Of a DNA stretch of 42,683 bases, positions 8,844-18,409 are shown piece by piece. Under the pieces are notes generated by a model. That model did not search any database, was not told where the DNA came from, and saw nothing but the letters and a program-made list of their open reading frames with translations. Positions within the stretch are counted from its first letter, which is position 1. Every line of letters starts with the position of its first letter. The DNA is from Myxococcota bacterium (GTDB taxonomy: Bacteria; Myxococcota; Myxococcia; Myxococcales; Myxococcaceae), in assembly GCA_040752975.1 (NCBI GenBank), contig JBFMHF010000053.1, positions 1 through 42,683 on the forward strand, written 5' to 3'. The position numbers and the translations under genes were made by a program.

Positions 8844-10400
8844 TCAGCGGCCGAGCCGGCGACGGAGCTGGTCTTCGTAGAGCGAGCGCGGCTGGAGCGT
8901 GGCCCCGGCGTCAAGCCCCTCGGCCCAGTCCAGCGGCTGCGTGCCTTCGGCGATGAAGACCTCGTCGAGGGCCACCTCCAGGCCGTCGGTGCCGATGACG
9001 TAGCCCCAGCCCCACTGCATCGAGCGCAGGAGCCCCGCGCCGGAGACATTCCAGAAGACGTTCTCGGTGCCGGTGTGGCCCGCGCCGGTGGACTCCAGCC
9101 GCCGGTTGATGATGGAGAAGCCGTCGTCGAAGCGGCTCGAGTCGAGGAGGTTGGCGGTGGCCAGCGAGTGGTGGAACTCCGAGTAGCCCACGCCGCCCTG
9201 GGTGCCTCCGGGTTGGGCGGTGGCGAAGCCGCCTTCACTCACCACCCGCAGCCACACGCAGCCCGAGGTGCCGAAGCCCCAGTTCTGGATGAAGTTGTGC
9301 CGGCCCTCCGTCGCGGTGGAGTCCTTGAAGAGGACTTCCGACGACTGGCGCACCTCGAAGAGGTAGCCGTTGCCGCCGCCGCCCCGGTGCTGCGCCTTCG
9401 CGAGGTGCACGTCGTCGACGGTGACGCGATTGACCTGATGCAGCCGCAGGCCCACCGACTGCAACTGCGCGCCGCCGTCCACCTCGGAGAAGGACGAGAC
9501 GCGCCGCACCCAACCGTCCGCCACGCCCGAGAAGCTGACCGCCGCCACCTGCGTCGCCGCGTACGCCGCGCCCGGCTCCACCGCGTTGGTGAGGGAGAGG
9601 TCCTCGAGGCCCACTTCGCGCAGCTGCCCTGTCACTCTCCTCAAGCTGGCCGCGTCTCGCGTCCGTTCCACGGCGCGCAGCGGCACGTCCAGCGTCACCG
9701 TGCCGTCGCCCGCCACCGCAGTCACGCGGCGCCAGGCGAAGGGCTGCCAGGTGCCGTTGAAGGCGCTCCAGAAGCCCGTCATGCCGTGCTCGGCCACGTA
9801 TTCGTCGGTGATGACGTGCCCCACCGCGACCTCGTCGCCCACCGAGAGCGCCCCGGCGTCCGAGGCGCCTACTTTCACCGAGACGCTGCGCGTCACTCCG
9901 TCCTCGAGGAGCGGCCAGTTGCCTACGAGTTGCTGCGCGCCGCCGAAGCGGAGGTGTCCTGCGTAGTCGAGGCCGAAGGACTTCGTGAAGACGAGCCACG
10001 TCTTGTCCCGGCCGCTGCCCTTCAGCACGACGCCCGAGTGGGTGACGGTCAGCGTCCCGTCGATGCGGAAGCGCCCGGGGCCGAGCAGCACCACGCCCCC
10101 GTCCAGCGCGGCCACCGCGTTGAGCGCGCCCTGCACGTCGCCCGTCATGTCCCCGCCGTCCATCGCCACGTGGACGATGAAGCTGGACGTAGGCATCGGA
10201 GCGCGTTCTCCATGCGCGTAGCCCGCGTACGAGAAGTCATGCAGGAAGCGGCCCGCGTCATCCGTGAAGGACGGCGTCCAATCCTCCGGGTAGAGCCGGC
10301 TGTGCCACCCCCCGTCACCCTCCTGCCCCGCGTCCTCCACCGGTGTGGCGCCGCTGCACGCGCCCAACAAGCCCAGCGAGAACACAAGGACGCGTCGCAT
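8844..10400 (-). CDS. Lipoprotein with a right-handed beta-helix (pectate-lyase-superfamily / GH28-like) domain
   Basis: True start at ATG 10400 (MRRVLVFSLGLLGACSG, lipobox). FIVHVAMDGGDMTGDVQGALNAVAALDGGVVLLGPGRFRIDGTLTVTHSGVVLKGSG is characteristic of pectate_lyase_3-type beta-helix proteins. The 190-aa track extension upstream is an artefact. Confidence 0.7.
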   Translation of the reverse strand: MRRVLVFSLGLLGACSGATPVEDAGQEGDGGWHSRLYPEDWTPSFTDDAGRFLHDFSYAGYAHGERAPMPTSSFIVHVAMDGGDMTGDVQGALNAVAALDGGVVLLGPGRFRIDGTLTVTHSGVVLKGSGRDKTWLVFTKSFGLDYAGHLRFGGAQQLVGNWPLLEDGVTRSVSVKVGASDAGALSVGDEVAVGHVITDEYVAEHGMTGFWSAFNGTWQPFAWRRVTAVAGDGTVTLDVPLRAVERTRDAASLRRVTGQLREVGLEDLSLTNAVEPGAAYAATQVAAVSFSGVADGWVRRVSSFSEVDGGAQLQSVGLRLHQVNRVTVDDVHLAKAQHRGGGGNGYLFEVRQSSEVLFKDSTATEGRHNFIQNWGFGTSGCVWLRVVSEGGFATAQPGGTQGGVGYSEFHHSLATANLLDSSRFDDGFSIINRRLESTGAGHTGTENVFWNVSGAGLLRSMQWGWGYVIGTDGLEVALDEVFIAEGTQPLDWAEGLDAGATLQPRSLYEDQLRRRLGR

Positions 10401-10523
10401 CAGGCGGACATGATGCGCGAAGGTGGGAGCGCGGCGCAAAGGAAGGTTGCACAGGAGGCGTGGGGCCCGGGTTTCAAGAGATCGAGGTGTCGTCGTGCCG
10501 CTGATCAGCGAGGAGGGTCGCAG

Positions 10524-10814
10524 ATGATCGACGGCACGACGGGCCGCGCCCGCTGCGCACGGCACGATGCCGAGGCCTTCTACACCTGTCCCCGGTGCGG
10601 CGGCTTCGTGTGCATGGAGTGCCGGCGGCCCTCCTCCTCCACCGAGGCGCTGTTGCGAACGGTGAGGGTCTCGGTCAGCGAAGAGGGTGCGGAGCGACTG
10701 TGCCCGGCGTGCCTGGCACGCCCGCACGGGCGCTCGGTGCGAGGGCCGCTGCTGGGCTTCGGGCTGCTTCTTCTGGGCCTGGTCGTGGTGGTCGCCATGC
10801 TGGCGCGCACCTGA
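10524..10814 (+). CDS. Small zinc-ribbon protein with a C-terminal TM anchor
   Basis: AGGAGGG Shine-Dalgarno sequence 6 nt before the ATG (MIDGTTG). CxxC...CxxC...CxxC motifs (CPRCGGFVCMEC...CPAC). C-terminal hydrophobic helix. It is the only credible part of track ORF 8841..10814. Confidence 0.6.
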   Translation: MIDGTTGRARCARHDAEAFYTCPRCGGFVCMECRRPSSSTEALLRTVRVSVSEEGAERLCPACLARPHGRSVRGPLLGFGLLLLGLVVVVAMLART

Positions 10815-10835
10815 GCGTGTGCGACACTGAGAGCC

Positions 10836-11183
10836 ATGGCGACGCCCCGGCCGTCCTTCCCTCCGGCGCACCTCGTCGCGGTGGGGATGCTCGAAGGCGT
10901 GGTGCTGATGATCGCCGTGGGTCGCGGCGTGGCGGTGCCGGGCTCGGTGGATTTCTCGAAGCCGGCGCACCTGGCGTGGTTTGTCCTCACCGTCGTGCTG
11001 GCCGGGCTGGCGCCGGCATCCTTCGTCCTCCGTTCGCTCGCGGTGCGGCGGCGTGAAGTGGAGGGGCAGGCGGAAGAGGGAGAGCGCCGGCAGGTGCTGG
11101 TGCTGTCGCTGGCGCTGCTGGCGCCGGCTCTCGCGGTGGCCATCGCCGGCCCGCGAATGATGGAGCTCCTGCTGGCCGGCTGA
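10836..11183 (+). CDS. Small integral membrane protein (3 predicted TM helices)
   Basis: High GC3. Hydrophobic segments. Immediately downstream of the zinc-ribbon gene. Confidence 0.5.
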   Translation: MATPRPSFPPAHLVAVGMLEGVVLMIAVGRGVAVPGSVDFSKPAHLAWFVLTVVLAGLAPASFVLRSLAVRRREVEGQAEEGERRQVLVLSLALLAPALAVAIAGPRMMELLLAG

Positions 11184-11381
11184 GGCCTGCGCGGAGCACT
11201 CCGTCAGCGCGCTGGGCGAGCGCGCCGCAGCGTCTCGGCACCCTCTGGCGCGGCTGGAGGGTTCGCCTGCGCGTGCGCCCTGGATGCCCGGCCGTGGAGC
11301 TGCGCTTGCCGCGGCCTGTGCGCGCGGCGCCAGTGTCGAGGCGTCAGCGTCGGGCGCTCGTGATGCAACGGAGCCGGCGCC

Positions 11382-13298
11382 CTACTTCTTCTTCTGCGGC
11401 GGCGCGGCGACGCCCTTCTTCGGCGGCGGCGGGGGAGACGGCTTCACCGGCGGTTTGGCGGGCGGCGGCTTGGCGGGCGGCGTCGTCTTGGCGACGGTGG
11501 GCGGCGGCTTCACCGCGGGCTTCGTCACCACCGGGCGCTTGGTGCCCGGCCCTCCACCGGGCGCGTCGGGGACGTCGTCGGGCCCGGCCAGCAGGTCTTC
11601 TGGTGGGAAGGCGGGCGGCGACAGCCCGCTGGGCAGCGCGATGCCCTGGAGCCGCAGCTGCTTGAAGGCGCACGTCCCGTCGAGGCAGCCCACCGCGAAG
11701 CGCGGCGTCTCCGACAACAGCTGCCGCCAGTGCGGGCCCAGCCACACGCCGGTGCCCAACACGCGCGCGTCTCGTTCCGCGCCCACCACGCCGAACAACT
11801 CCCCCGTCTCCGGGTCGATGCGCAGGGCGAGGCGCAGGCCCTCCGTCTTCGTCGGCAGCGGCGCGGTGATGACGCCGCGCTTGTCGGGCCCCAGCGACCA
11901 CTCCAGCGTGGGCTCGGCGCCGCTGCCGCTCACCACCAGCGCGACGTAGCGGCCGTGGTCTCCCAGCAGCATCAAGGCGCTGCGTGCTTCGGGCCGGGGT
12001 CCGCGGAAGAGCGCCCACAGCGGCTCCAGCGCCGAGGGAGGGATGGGCTGCGTGTCGACGAGCGCCGACACCTCGAGCCCGTCACCCTGGAGCTCCGCGT
12101 CCACCACCGCGCGGCCCACCGTCACGTCATCCGGCGGACCGAAGAGGATGTTGCCCCCAACCAGCTCCGGCGCGCGGCCCAGCGCCATGACGCTGACGAC
12201 GTCGGGGCCCTCGCCCAGCGTCACCAGCCGCGTGCCCTTGTCCAGCCGTCCGGGCGTGGACAGAGGCGTCTTCTGGCCGAAGTCCGTCATCAACTCCACG
12301 CCGGGCGCCACCCGCTCCGCCGTCGAGCCCGCGCGGAGGAAGACCATGGCGATGAGGAGGGCGGCCACCAGCACCACCGCCAGCGACACCCCGCGCCACA
12401 CCCGCTTGCCCACCTCGACGGCGCGGCGGACGAGGCGCTGCGCCTTCGTCTCCTTCGAGAGGGCCGGCAGCGAGGTGGTGAACTGCACCAGCTTCTCGAG
12501 GTCCGCCAACAGCGCGCCCGCCGAGGCGTAGCGGTCTTCCGGCGCGGGCTTGAGGCAGCGCGCGATGATGCCGTCCAGCCGCTTGTCGAGGCCCGGCTTG
12601 CGCACCGACGGCGGGTCGAAGGTGCCCACCGGCAGCTCCCCGGTGAGGCACTCGTACAGCATGACGCCCAGCGAGTAGACGTCCGCGCGCGCGTCGGCGC
12701 TCTTCGCGTCCACCGCCTGCTCCGGCGCCATGTACGAGGCCGTGCCCATCGACACGTGCGTCTGGGTGAGGTTGCGCTCCACCTGTCCGGCCTTCTCGTC
12801 GAAGCCGGCCAGCCCGAAGTCCGTCACCTTGGGGATGTCGCCCGCCTGCTCGTCGAAGAGGATGTTCTCGGGCTTCAAGTCCCGGTGGATGACGCCGCGC
12901 TGGTGCGCGTAGTCGATGGCGCGCGTCACCTGCAGCAGCGTGACGAGGGCGCGCTGGGCGTCGAAGTCGGGGCTGCGCATGCGCTCGCGCAGCGACTGGC
13001 CGTCGACGAACTCCATCACCAGGTAATAGGTGTTGGACGACTTCCCGCGGTCGACGATGGAGACGATGTTGGGGTGCCGCAGCGTCGCCAGCGCCGCGGC
13101 CTCCTTCTCGAAGCGCCCGACGAACTGCTCGTCCTTGGCCAGCTCGGCCTTGAGCAGCTTCACCGCCACCGTACGACCCAGCGACAGCTGGACCGCCTGG
13201 TGGACCTCGCCCATCCCGCCGCGCCCGACGAGCTGGACCAGCCGGTAGCCCTCGATGACGTCCGATGTCCGGGCCCGCTGAATGGCGGTGTCCTGCAT
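11382..13298 (-). CDS. Ser/Thr protein kinase (Pkn family) with a Pro/Lys-rich C-terminal tail
   Basis: GRGGMGEVHQA...AVKLL (ATP site), HRDLKPENILF (catalytic loop), DFGLAG, APE motif. A TM segment after the kinase domain. PPAKPPPAKPPVKP...KKK tail. Confidence 0.9.
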   Translation of the reverse strand: MQDTAIQRARTSDVIEGYRLVQLVGRGGMGEVHQAVQLSLGRTVAVKLLKAELAKDEQFVGRFEKEAAALATLRHPNIVSIVDRGKSSNTYYLVMEFVDGQSLRERMRSPDFDAQRALVTLLQVTRAIDYAHQRGVIHRDLKPENILFDEQAGDIPKVTDFGLAGFDEKAGQVERNLTQTHVSMGTASYMAPEQAVDAKSADARADVYSLGVMLYECLTGELPVGTFDPPSVRKPGLDKRLDGIIARCLKPAPEDRYASAGALLADLEKLVQFTTSLPALSKETKAQRLVRRAVEVGKRVWRGVSLAVVLVAALLIAMVFLRAGSTAERVAPGVELMTDFGQKTPLSTPGRLDKGTRLVTLGEGPDVVSVMALGRAPELVGGNILFGPPDDVTVGRAVVDAELQGDGLEVSALVDTQPIPPSALEPLWALFRGPRPEARSALMLLGDHGRYVALVVSGSGAEPTLEWSLGPDKRGVITAPLPTKTEGLRLALRIDPETGELFGVVGAERDARVLGTGVWLGPHWRQLLSETPRFAVGCLDGTCAFKQLRLQGIALPSGLSPPAFPPEDLLAGPDDVPDAPGGGPGTKRPVVTKPAVKPPPTVAKTTPPAKPPPAKPPVKPSPPPPPKKGVAAPPQKKK

Positions 13299-13422
13299 TC
13301 ACGCTCCAGAAAAAACGTACGTGCCCGCGTATGCCGCGCCGCGCGCTGGTTCGTCCTTCATAGGTGAAAATGACGCCGCTGCCTTCAGTTGCGTGCCGTG
13401 CCCCGGCCAGACGGAGGAATTC

Positions 13423-13980
13423 ATGTTGAATTCCGCCACCATGAGCCAGGCGCTGTCGCACACCGGCACACGCGACGCGCTGTTGGCGGTGCAGCGCCCG
13501 CGCCTCGAGGCCCTGGCCCGCCGGCTGGTGTGGGACGAGGAGGACGCGCGCGACGTGCTGCAGGCCGCGCTGGCTGATGCGGTGGAGCGCTGGAGCGACT
13601 TGAAGGACGAGGCCGCCGCGCCCGCGTGGCTGCGCCGCATCGTGGTGCACCGGGCCTGGTCTCACCTGAGGAGGCGGCGCTTCTGGCAGGCGGTGGCGGT
13701 GGTGCTGCGCGTCGACGAAGAGCGGGTGGCGCCGGGGCCCGATGAGGCGGTGGAGCGCCGCGCCCACCTCGAGGCGCTGGGCGAGGGGCTCTCGCGGTTG
13801 GCCCCGCGCCAGGCGATGGCCTTCTCCCTGCGCTACCTCGAGGGCCTCTCGCTGGACGAGGTGGCCCAGGCGATGGACCTCGAGCGCGGGACGGTGCGGG
13901 TGCATGTGCAGCGGGCGGTGCGGGCGCTGCGGGACATGGGCGTGTTGCCCGCGCGGACTGAAGACGGAGCGACGCCATGA
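13423..13980 (+). CDS. ECF-subfamily RNA polymerase sigma factor
   Basis: GGAGG 6 nt upstream of ATG 13423. Sigma70 region 2 and region 4 motifs (RRIVVHRAWSHLRRRR; LRYLEGLSLDEVAQAMDLERGTVRVHVQRAVRALR). Confidence 0.85.
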   Translation: MLNSATMSQALSHTGTRDALLAVQRPRLEALARRLVWDEEDARDVLQAALADAVERWSDLKDEAAAPAWLRRIVVHRAWSHLRRRRFWQAVAVVLRVDEERVAPGPDEAVERRAHLEALGEGLSRLAPRQAMAFSLRYLEGLSLDEVAQAMDLERGTVRVHVQRAVRALRDMGVLPARTEDGATP

Positions 13981-14540
13981 GCTGTGGTGCTTTTGAAGCC
14001 TTCCTCCTCGACGAGACGCTGCCCAAGCCCGACGGGCATGACGCGCATGTGGCCGGGTGCGCTTCGTGCAGAGCGCTCAAGGCCGCCCACCTGTCGGCGC
14101 TGTCTGTCGCCAACCACGTCCCCCGGCGCGCCACTCGCGTGCCGGTGAAGGAGGCCAGGCGGCGCCTGTCCATCATCGCGGCGCTGATGCTGGTGGTGGG
14201 CGGTACGTCAGGCCTCGTGTGGTTGCGGCTCTCGCCGGACGCCGCGCCCGCTGAAGACTCGCGCGCGTGGGCGATGGCGCCGTCCGTGGAGGCGCCGTCG
14301 GTGGAGGTGTCCCCCGTGCTGGTGGCGGGCGCGCTCGAGCCGGATGACGCCGCCGCGTGGGCCGGCCTCGTCGACTTGCGCGACGCGCTGGCCCGGGACT
14401 TGTCGAGTGACTGGCGCGACGACGAGGTGCTGTCGCGCAGCTTCGGAGCGCTGCCCGAGTGGGTGGCGCCGACGAAGACGTACCCGCTGCGACGCCTGGG
14501 CGCCGCGGCCTCACACCTCATCTACACATCGGAGGACTGA
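13977..14540 (+). CDS. Anti-sigma factor (putative zinc-binding, single TM)
   Basis: ATGA start/stop overlap with the sigma factor. N-terminal HxxxCxxC (HVAGCASC). A central TM helix (LSIIAALMLVVGGTSGLVWL). Confidence 0.75.
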   Translation: MSCGAFEAFLLDETLPKPDGHDAHVAGCASCRALKAAHLSALSVANHVPRRATRVPVKEARRRLSIIAALMLVVGGTSGLVWLRLSPDAAPAEDSRAWAMAPSVEAPSVEVSPVLVAGALEPDDAAAWAGLVDLRDALARDLSSDWRDDEVLSRSFGALPEWVAPTKTYPLRRLGAAASHLIYTSED

Positions 14541-14541
14541 C

Positions 14542-15141
14542 ATGAACTGGAAGCGAGTGCTGGTGTCGTCGTCGTTGCTCATCACCGCGGTGACCTGGGC
14601 CCAGCCCGCGCCGCCGCCCGTCCCGCGCGCCCCGGCGGCGCCCGGCGTCCCCGCGGCGCCAGGCGTGCCGATGGGTCCGCATGGCGGCATGCACGGCCCC
14701 GGGATGATGCACGGGCCGGGGATGCGGGCGCCGGGCATCCCGCCGCAGGTGGCGAAGAAGCTGGGCATCTCCGCGGACACGGTGAAGAAGGTGCAGGACG
14801 CCACCTTCGACGCCAACGACGCCCTCATCGGCCTCGAGGCGGACTTGAAGCGCGCGCGGCTCGCGCTGGAGAAGACGCTGGCCCAGTCCACCGTCGACGA
14901 AGCGCAGGTGAACGCGAAGTTGGAGGCCGTCAGCAAGGCCGAGCTCGCGGTCCGGAAGAACCGCATGGGCCTGATGCTGAAGATCCGCAAGCTGCTGGGC
15001 CAGGAGACGTGGGAGAAGCTGCAGGGCGAGATGCCGCCCCCCGAAGACTTCATGTTCGCTGGCGGCGGCCCCGGCATGCGCAAGGAGGTGCGCGTCATTC
15101 GGCACGGCGACGGCACCGAGGTGATGGAGGTCAACGAGTAG
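14542..15141 (+). CDS. Periplasmic Spy/CpxP/ZraP-family stress protein with a Met/His-rich metal-binding motif
   Basis: Signal peptide. MGPHGGMHGPGMMHGPGMRAPG motif. LTxxQ-like helical region (KKLGISADTVKKVQDATFDANDALIGLEADLKRARLALEKTL). It is the third gene of the ECF module. Confidence 0.75.
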   Translation: MNWKRVLVSSSLLITAVTWAQPAPPPVPRAPAAPGVPAAPGVPMGPHGGMHGPGMMHGPGMRAPGIPPQVAKKLGISADTVKKVQDATFDANDALIGLEADLKRARLALEKTLAQSTVDEAQVNAKLEAVSKAELAVRKNRMGLMLKIRKLLGQETWEKLQGEMPPPEDFMFAGGGPGMRKEVRVIRHGDGTEVMEVNE

Positions 15142-15218
15142 GCAATCGCGGCGCGCCCAGCCCGTAGTCAGGGCAGCCGCGCCACGGCCCCATCACGGGG
15201 CGCGGTTGCGGCCGAAGG

Positions 15219-15246
15219 CCCGGGACGCCTGGCGCCTCGGGTTTTT
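15219..15246 (+). terminator. Candidate rho-independent terminator (GC stem + TTTTT)
   Basis: cccgggacgcctggcgcctcggg followed by ttttt, ~80 bp after the stop of the Spy-like gene. The stem has one mismatch. Confidence 0.35.
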
Positions 15247-15615
15247 CGGCCGACGTGACGTCGCGCTCACCGTCGCGCCAGTGGTGGCGGTGGTGGCGAC
15301 GGGCGTGATGTGGAAGCTGCGCCCGGTGGAGGTGGCGTCGTCGGTGTAGCCCGTGGCGGTGACGGCCGGCGCGGTGGTGCCCGACGTGAGCGGTGAGCAG
15401 CGCCGCGCCGGGCCCGTGAGTGAAGGGCCGCTTGACCCCGGAAGTCACCTCGCTGGTCCCTTGCCCTGAGCTCGTCGTCGCTCGTCGGACCATCCTCCTC
15501 GCTTCTCCCCCTCGGGCAACGTCTTGGTGAACTCCGGGGTGACGGGTGGCTGAGGCGCAACGCGCGCCGCGGCGTGGGAGGCGTCGACTCTGGCGCCGCG
15601 ACTCCTCGCCGTCAG

Positions 15616-16833
15616 TCACCCGTAGCCGAAGCGGAAGACGAGGCCGGGCAGGGGCTCCACCGTGTCACCTGCGTTGAGCGCCGCGCGGGCTACCCCGAGG
15701 CCATTCACCTTCAGGGACAGGGCGCCGGGGTTGCGGGAGAAGAGGTCGGCGCGCTCGTCGTGGACGACCCAGCCTCCGTCGGTGAGGCGGTGCAGGGTAC
15801 ACACCACCGGCGGCGCATCCCCGACGAGGCGCACCAGGCAGCCCGGGCCCGCGCCCACGTCCGTGCGGCCGGGGTTGAGCACCACGCGCGTGCTGAGGAC
15901 GGTGACGTCGGGTGGGTGCGCCACCATCGCCAGCCAGGCTTTGCCCTGCGTGCGAATGACGAGGTCGAAGTCGTGCTCCAGGTGCGGTGCGGCGGCTCGG
16001 AGGTGCTCGAAGGCGGTGCGTGCGCGGGGCCAGACGCGCGCCTCCTGCACGAAGCCCAGCGAGAGCTTCCGCAGCCCGGGCAGGAAGTCTGCGCCGTGGA
16101 GCCGCTCGAGCACGTCCACCGCGGCGGCGTCGGGGTTGCGTACGTCATCGACGCGCGCGGGCGCGGCTCCCGCGAAGAGGGCCACGCCCAGCTCTCTCAG
16201 GAAGCGCGCCACGGGCAGGGAGCGGAGCTGCGTGAGGTGCCAGCGCAGCCCGGGCGCGCCCACCACCGCCTGCCGGGACACCTGCACGGACTCGAGGAAG
16301 CCGCGCCGGCCGAAGGTGACGTTCACCAGACCGCCTCGCACGGCATCGGCGAGGGGCCCCAGGTGGCGCAGGCGCGCGGCGGCGTCCGCGGTGCGCCCGA
16401 CGCGAATCCATGCTGCGAGCGGGTCGCCGTGCTCCTCGAGGTAGTCACCGTACACGTCCCAGGCCGCGTCATCGTCGATGGCGAAGAGGCGCGCCTCGAG
16501 GTGGGGCTCGCGCACGTGCACCGGCGGACGGTCCCTCGCGCACAGCGCCAGGCCGGGGTGGATGGACAGGGTGTCGCCATCGCGCAGGACGTACTCGGCG
16601 CCGCCGGAGAGGACCATGCCGGACAGCGACGCACGCACGGACGAGGGCGGCACCCGCAGCAGCAGGCGGGACTCGTCGTGCGCCACGAGGAGGTCGCTGC
16701 CCAGGCCCTGCAGCCGGATGCGCGCGTCGCGGCTGGGGCCGATGCGCAGCGGCGCTCCGGGCCGGGGCGTGAAACGCTCGCCGAGGCGGGCTGGGGCGTC
16801 GGCGTCGGGAATGGCGCTGACCTCGAGGAACAT
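15616..16833 (-). CDS. FHA-domain protein with a myxobacterial TIGR02996-type repeat-companion motif
   Basis: True start MFLEVSAIPDAD. FHA-like N-terminus (PLRIGPSRDARIRLQG...LLLRV...VLRDGDTLSI). DDAAWDVYGDYLEEHGDPLAAWIRVG matches the LVYADWLEEqGDPrgEfIRlq signature. The antisense track ORF 15574..16998 is rejected. Confidence 0.7.
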   Translation of the reverse strand: MFLEVSAIPDADAPARLGERFTPRPGAPLRIGPSRDARIRLQGLGSDLLVAHDESRLLLRVPPSSVRASLSGMVLSGGAEYVLRDGDTLSIHPGLALCARDRPPVHVREPHLEARLFAIDDDAAWDVYGDYLEEHGDPLAAWIRVGRTADAAARLRHLGPLADAVRGGLVNVTFGRRGFLESVQVSRQAVVGAPGLRWHLTQLRSLPVARFLRELGVALFAGAAPARVDDVRNPDAAAVDVLERLHGADFLPGLRKLSLGFVQEARVWPRARTAFEHLRAAAPHLEHDFDLVIRTQGKAWLAMVAHPPDVTVLSTRVVLNPGRTDVGAGPGCLVRLVGDAPPVVCTLHRLTDGGWVVHDERADLFSRNPGALSLKVNGLGVARAALNAGDTVEPLPGLVFRFGYG

Positions 16834-17191
16834 CGGCCGCACTCTACGGCCTCCGCGGGCCGCGCACCCAGAGAGAGAGGACTCCCGCCCGGGGCGAGCG
16901 CTGGCCCTCTCCACGCCTCATGCGGTGAGATGAACGCTCCCGTCTGCAAACAGGCCTCGCGGGCTGGGCCGACAACGTCGATTCCAACAGGCGCCTGATG
17001 AGGGGTGGCCCAGGGAGCAGCGGTGACCTGGGCTCGCTGTTCGAGGCTGCGAGGTGAGCCCAGCACTCTGTCCGGCGCATGCCGACCCTCGAGAACAACT
17101 GCACCGGCCATGCTGTGAGGTGGCGGCAGTTGCGAAACCAGCCGCCGCGGCGGGGAGCCACGCTCCTTCTGCAGGCCGCGAAGCATGGGAG

Positions 17192-17758
17192 TCACGGGGC
17201 CCCGACAGGCACCAGCGGACCGCGGAGGTGCCCACCGGGGACGAGCGGCGGCGCACTGGGCGACGGTACGGCGGGGCTCGCGGCAGGAGCGGGTGCGCTG
17301 GGGACCGGCTCCACGCACCGGGAGTTCGTCTCCGGCAGCACCCGTGCGCGGAGGAGTGCCGCGCGTCGCGCCAGCACCGCGTCGCGTTCTTGCTCGAGGG
17401 CGCGCACCTCCTCCTCCGGCGGCCCCTGGGAGATGGCTCCGGCGATGATCAACGTCGTCCCCAGCACCGTCGTCAGCACCGGCACCAGCACCACCAACGG
17501 AATGAAGTACTGCCACTCGCCACCGTTGGAGAGGACCATCCCCACTGCCGCCGAGCCGAGGCCGGTGAGCAGCGAGGCGACGCCCAGCCCGATGGCGCCG
17601 TTGCCTCCGCCGTTTGCGTGGAGCTCGAGGATCTGCCGCTCGAGCCGGGTCGCGTCGTTGAGCAACACCTCGTCTTCGGGCAGCAGGCGGGGGTCAGCCC
17701 ACGCCGGGAGTGCCACCAGGGTCGTCAGCAGGGAACAGGTCAGTGCGAGTCGTTTCAT
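17192..17758 (-). CDS. Secreted/membrane hypothetical protein
   Basis: Signal peptide MKRLALTCSLLTTLVALPAWA. Two hydrophobic helices. Pro-rich C-terminus. The start is trimmed from the track ORF. Confidence 0.5.
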   Translation of the reverse strand: MKRLALTCSLLTTLVALPAWADPRLLPEDEVLLNDATRLERQILELHANGGGNGAIGLGVASLLTGLGSAAVGMVLSNGGEWQYFIPLVVLVPVLTTVLGTTLIIAGAISQGPPEEEVRALEQERDAVLARRAALLRARVLPETNSRCVEPVPSAPAPAASPAVPSPSAPPLVPGGHLRGPLVPVGAP

Positions 17759-18409
17759 GCCGAGGCGCTTGAGCAAACCCACGGCCAGCACCAACCACGC
17801 GGATCATCAAGCCGGTGGGCGGGCCGGTTTGCGCACCTGGCTGCACACGCTGTGTGGGCTCTCCACGCTGTCACGGGCGCGACTCACGGCCCTGAAACCC
17901 AGTTGCCTCACGCTGCCGATGCGTTGTGGACTGAGCATCCGAAGCCCCTGGCGACCTCGAGGACGCGTACAGCCCCTCGGTGAATGGCTTGTCCGCGAGC
18001 GGAAGACGACTCCGGGATGCACCTCCGTCGACCAGGCGCTCCTGATGCCTGGCTTCTACGCGCCGGTGCGGCACCTTCGGTTGTGCGACTCCGTGGAGGC
18101 CTCTTCATCGCGCCAGGCGCCCGAGTTGGGCTTGCCCTTGCTCTGCTCGAGCCCGCTCTCGCGGCAGTCCGGGAAGGCACTGGTCCACAGCGCTTCGTGA
18201 CGTGGCTGCGGAAGAAGACGGCCATTGCACATCGTCTCCCGGTGTCTCCGTGGCGTCTCCTGCCACCGCATCGGCCAGCTGCGCGCGCCGATGGACGGAC
18301 CTCTGGGGAATTTCTCCGTCCCCGCTTGCGAGCTTCGCCGTCAGCCGAGGGGTCCCTCACGGGTACGGGCGCTGTTTGCTTGCCCGCGCTCCTTGCGGCC
18401 CCCGGCTGC

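Noticed and set aside
8278-8880. Pro-rich ORF (PPPPPPVPPPPVPPPAP…) on the plus strand
   Set aside because: It is the antisense of the (GGAGGG)n Gly-rich linker of the 6528..8786 lipoprotein, a mirror-image low-complexity artefact.
8841-10814. A 657-aa plus-strand ORF overlapping the beta-helix lipoprotein gene
   Set aside because: No domain content. It is antisense to a gene with a clear lipobox and pectate-lyase-fold motifs. Only its last ~96 codons (10524..10814), which have their own AGGAGG Shine-Dalgarno sequence and zinc-ribbon motifs, are kept as a real gene.
11730-13905. Long ORFs 11730..13367 (+) and 12127..13905 (-) overlapping the Pkn kinase and the ECF sigma factor
   Set aside because: They are antisense or out of frame relative to genes with unambiguous kinase and sigma-70 motifs. 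They are Arg/Gly/Ala-rich high-GC artefacts.
15131-15619. A 162-aa minus-strand His/Arg-rich ORF (and the nested 15267..15560) in the 470-bp gap after the Spy-like gene
   Set aside because: Low-complexity composition, no start context, no domain. The region is more likely intergenic, containing a terminator-like hairpin, or a decayed gene remnant.
15574-16998. A 474-aa plus-strand ORF
   Set aside because: It is antisense to the FHA/TIGR02996-motif gene, which carries recognisable motifs. The plus-strand product has none.
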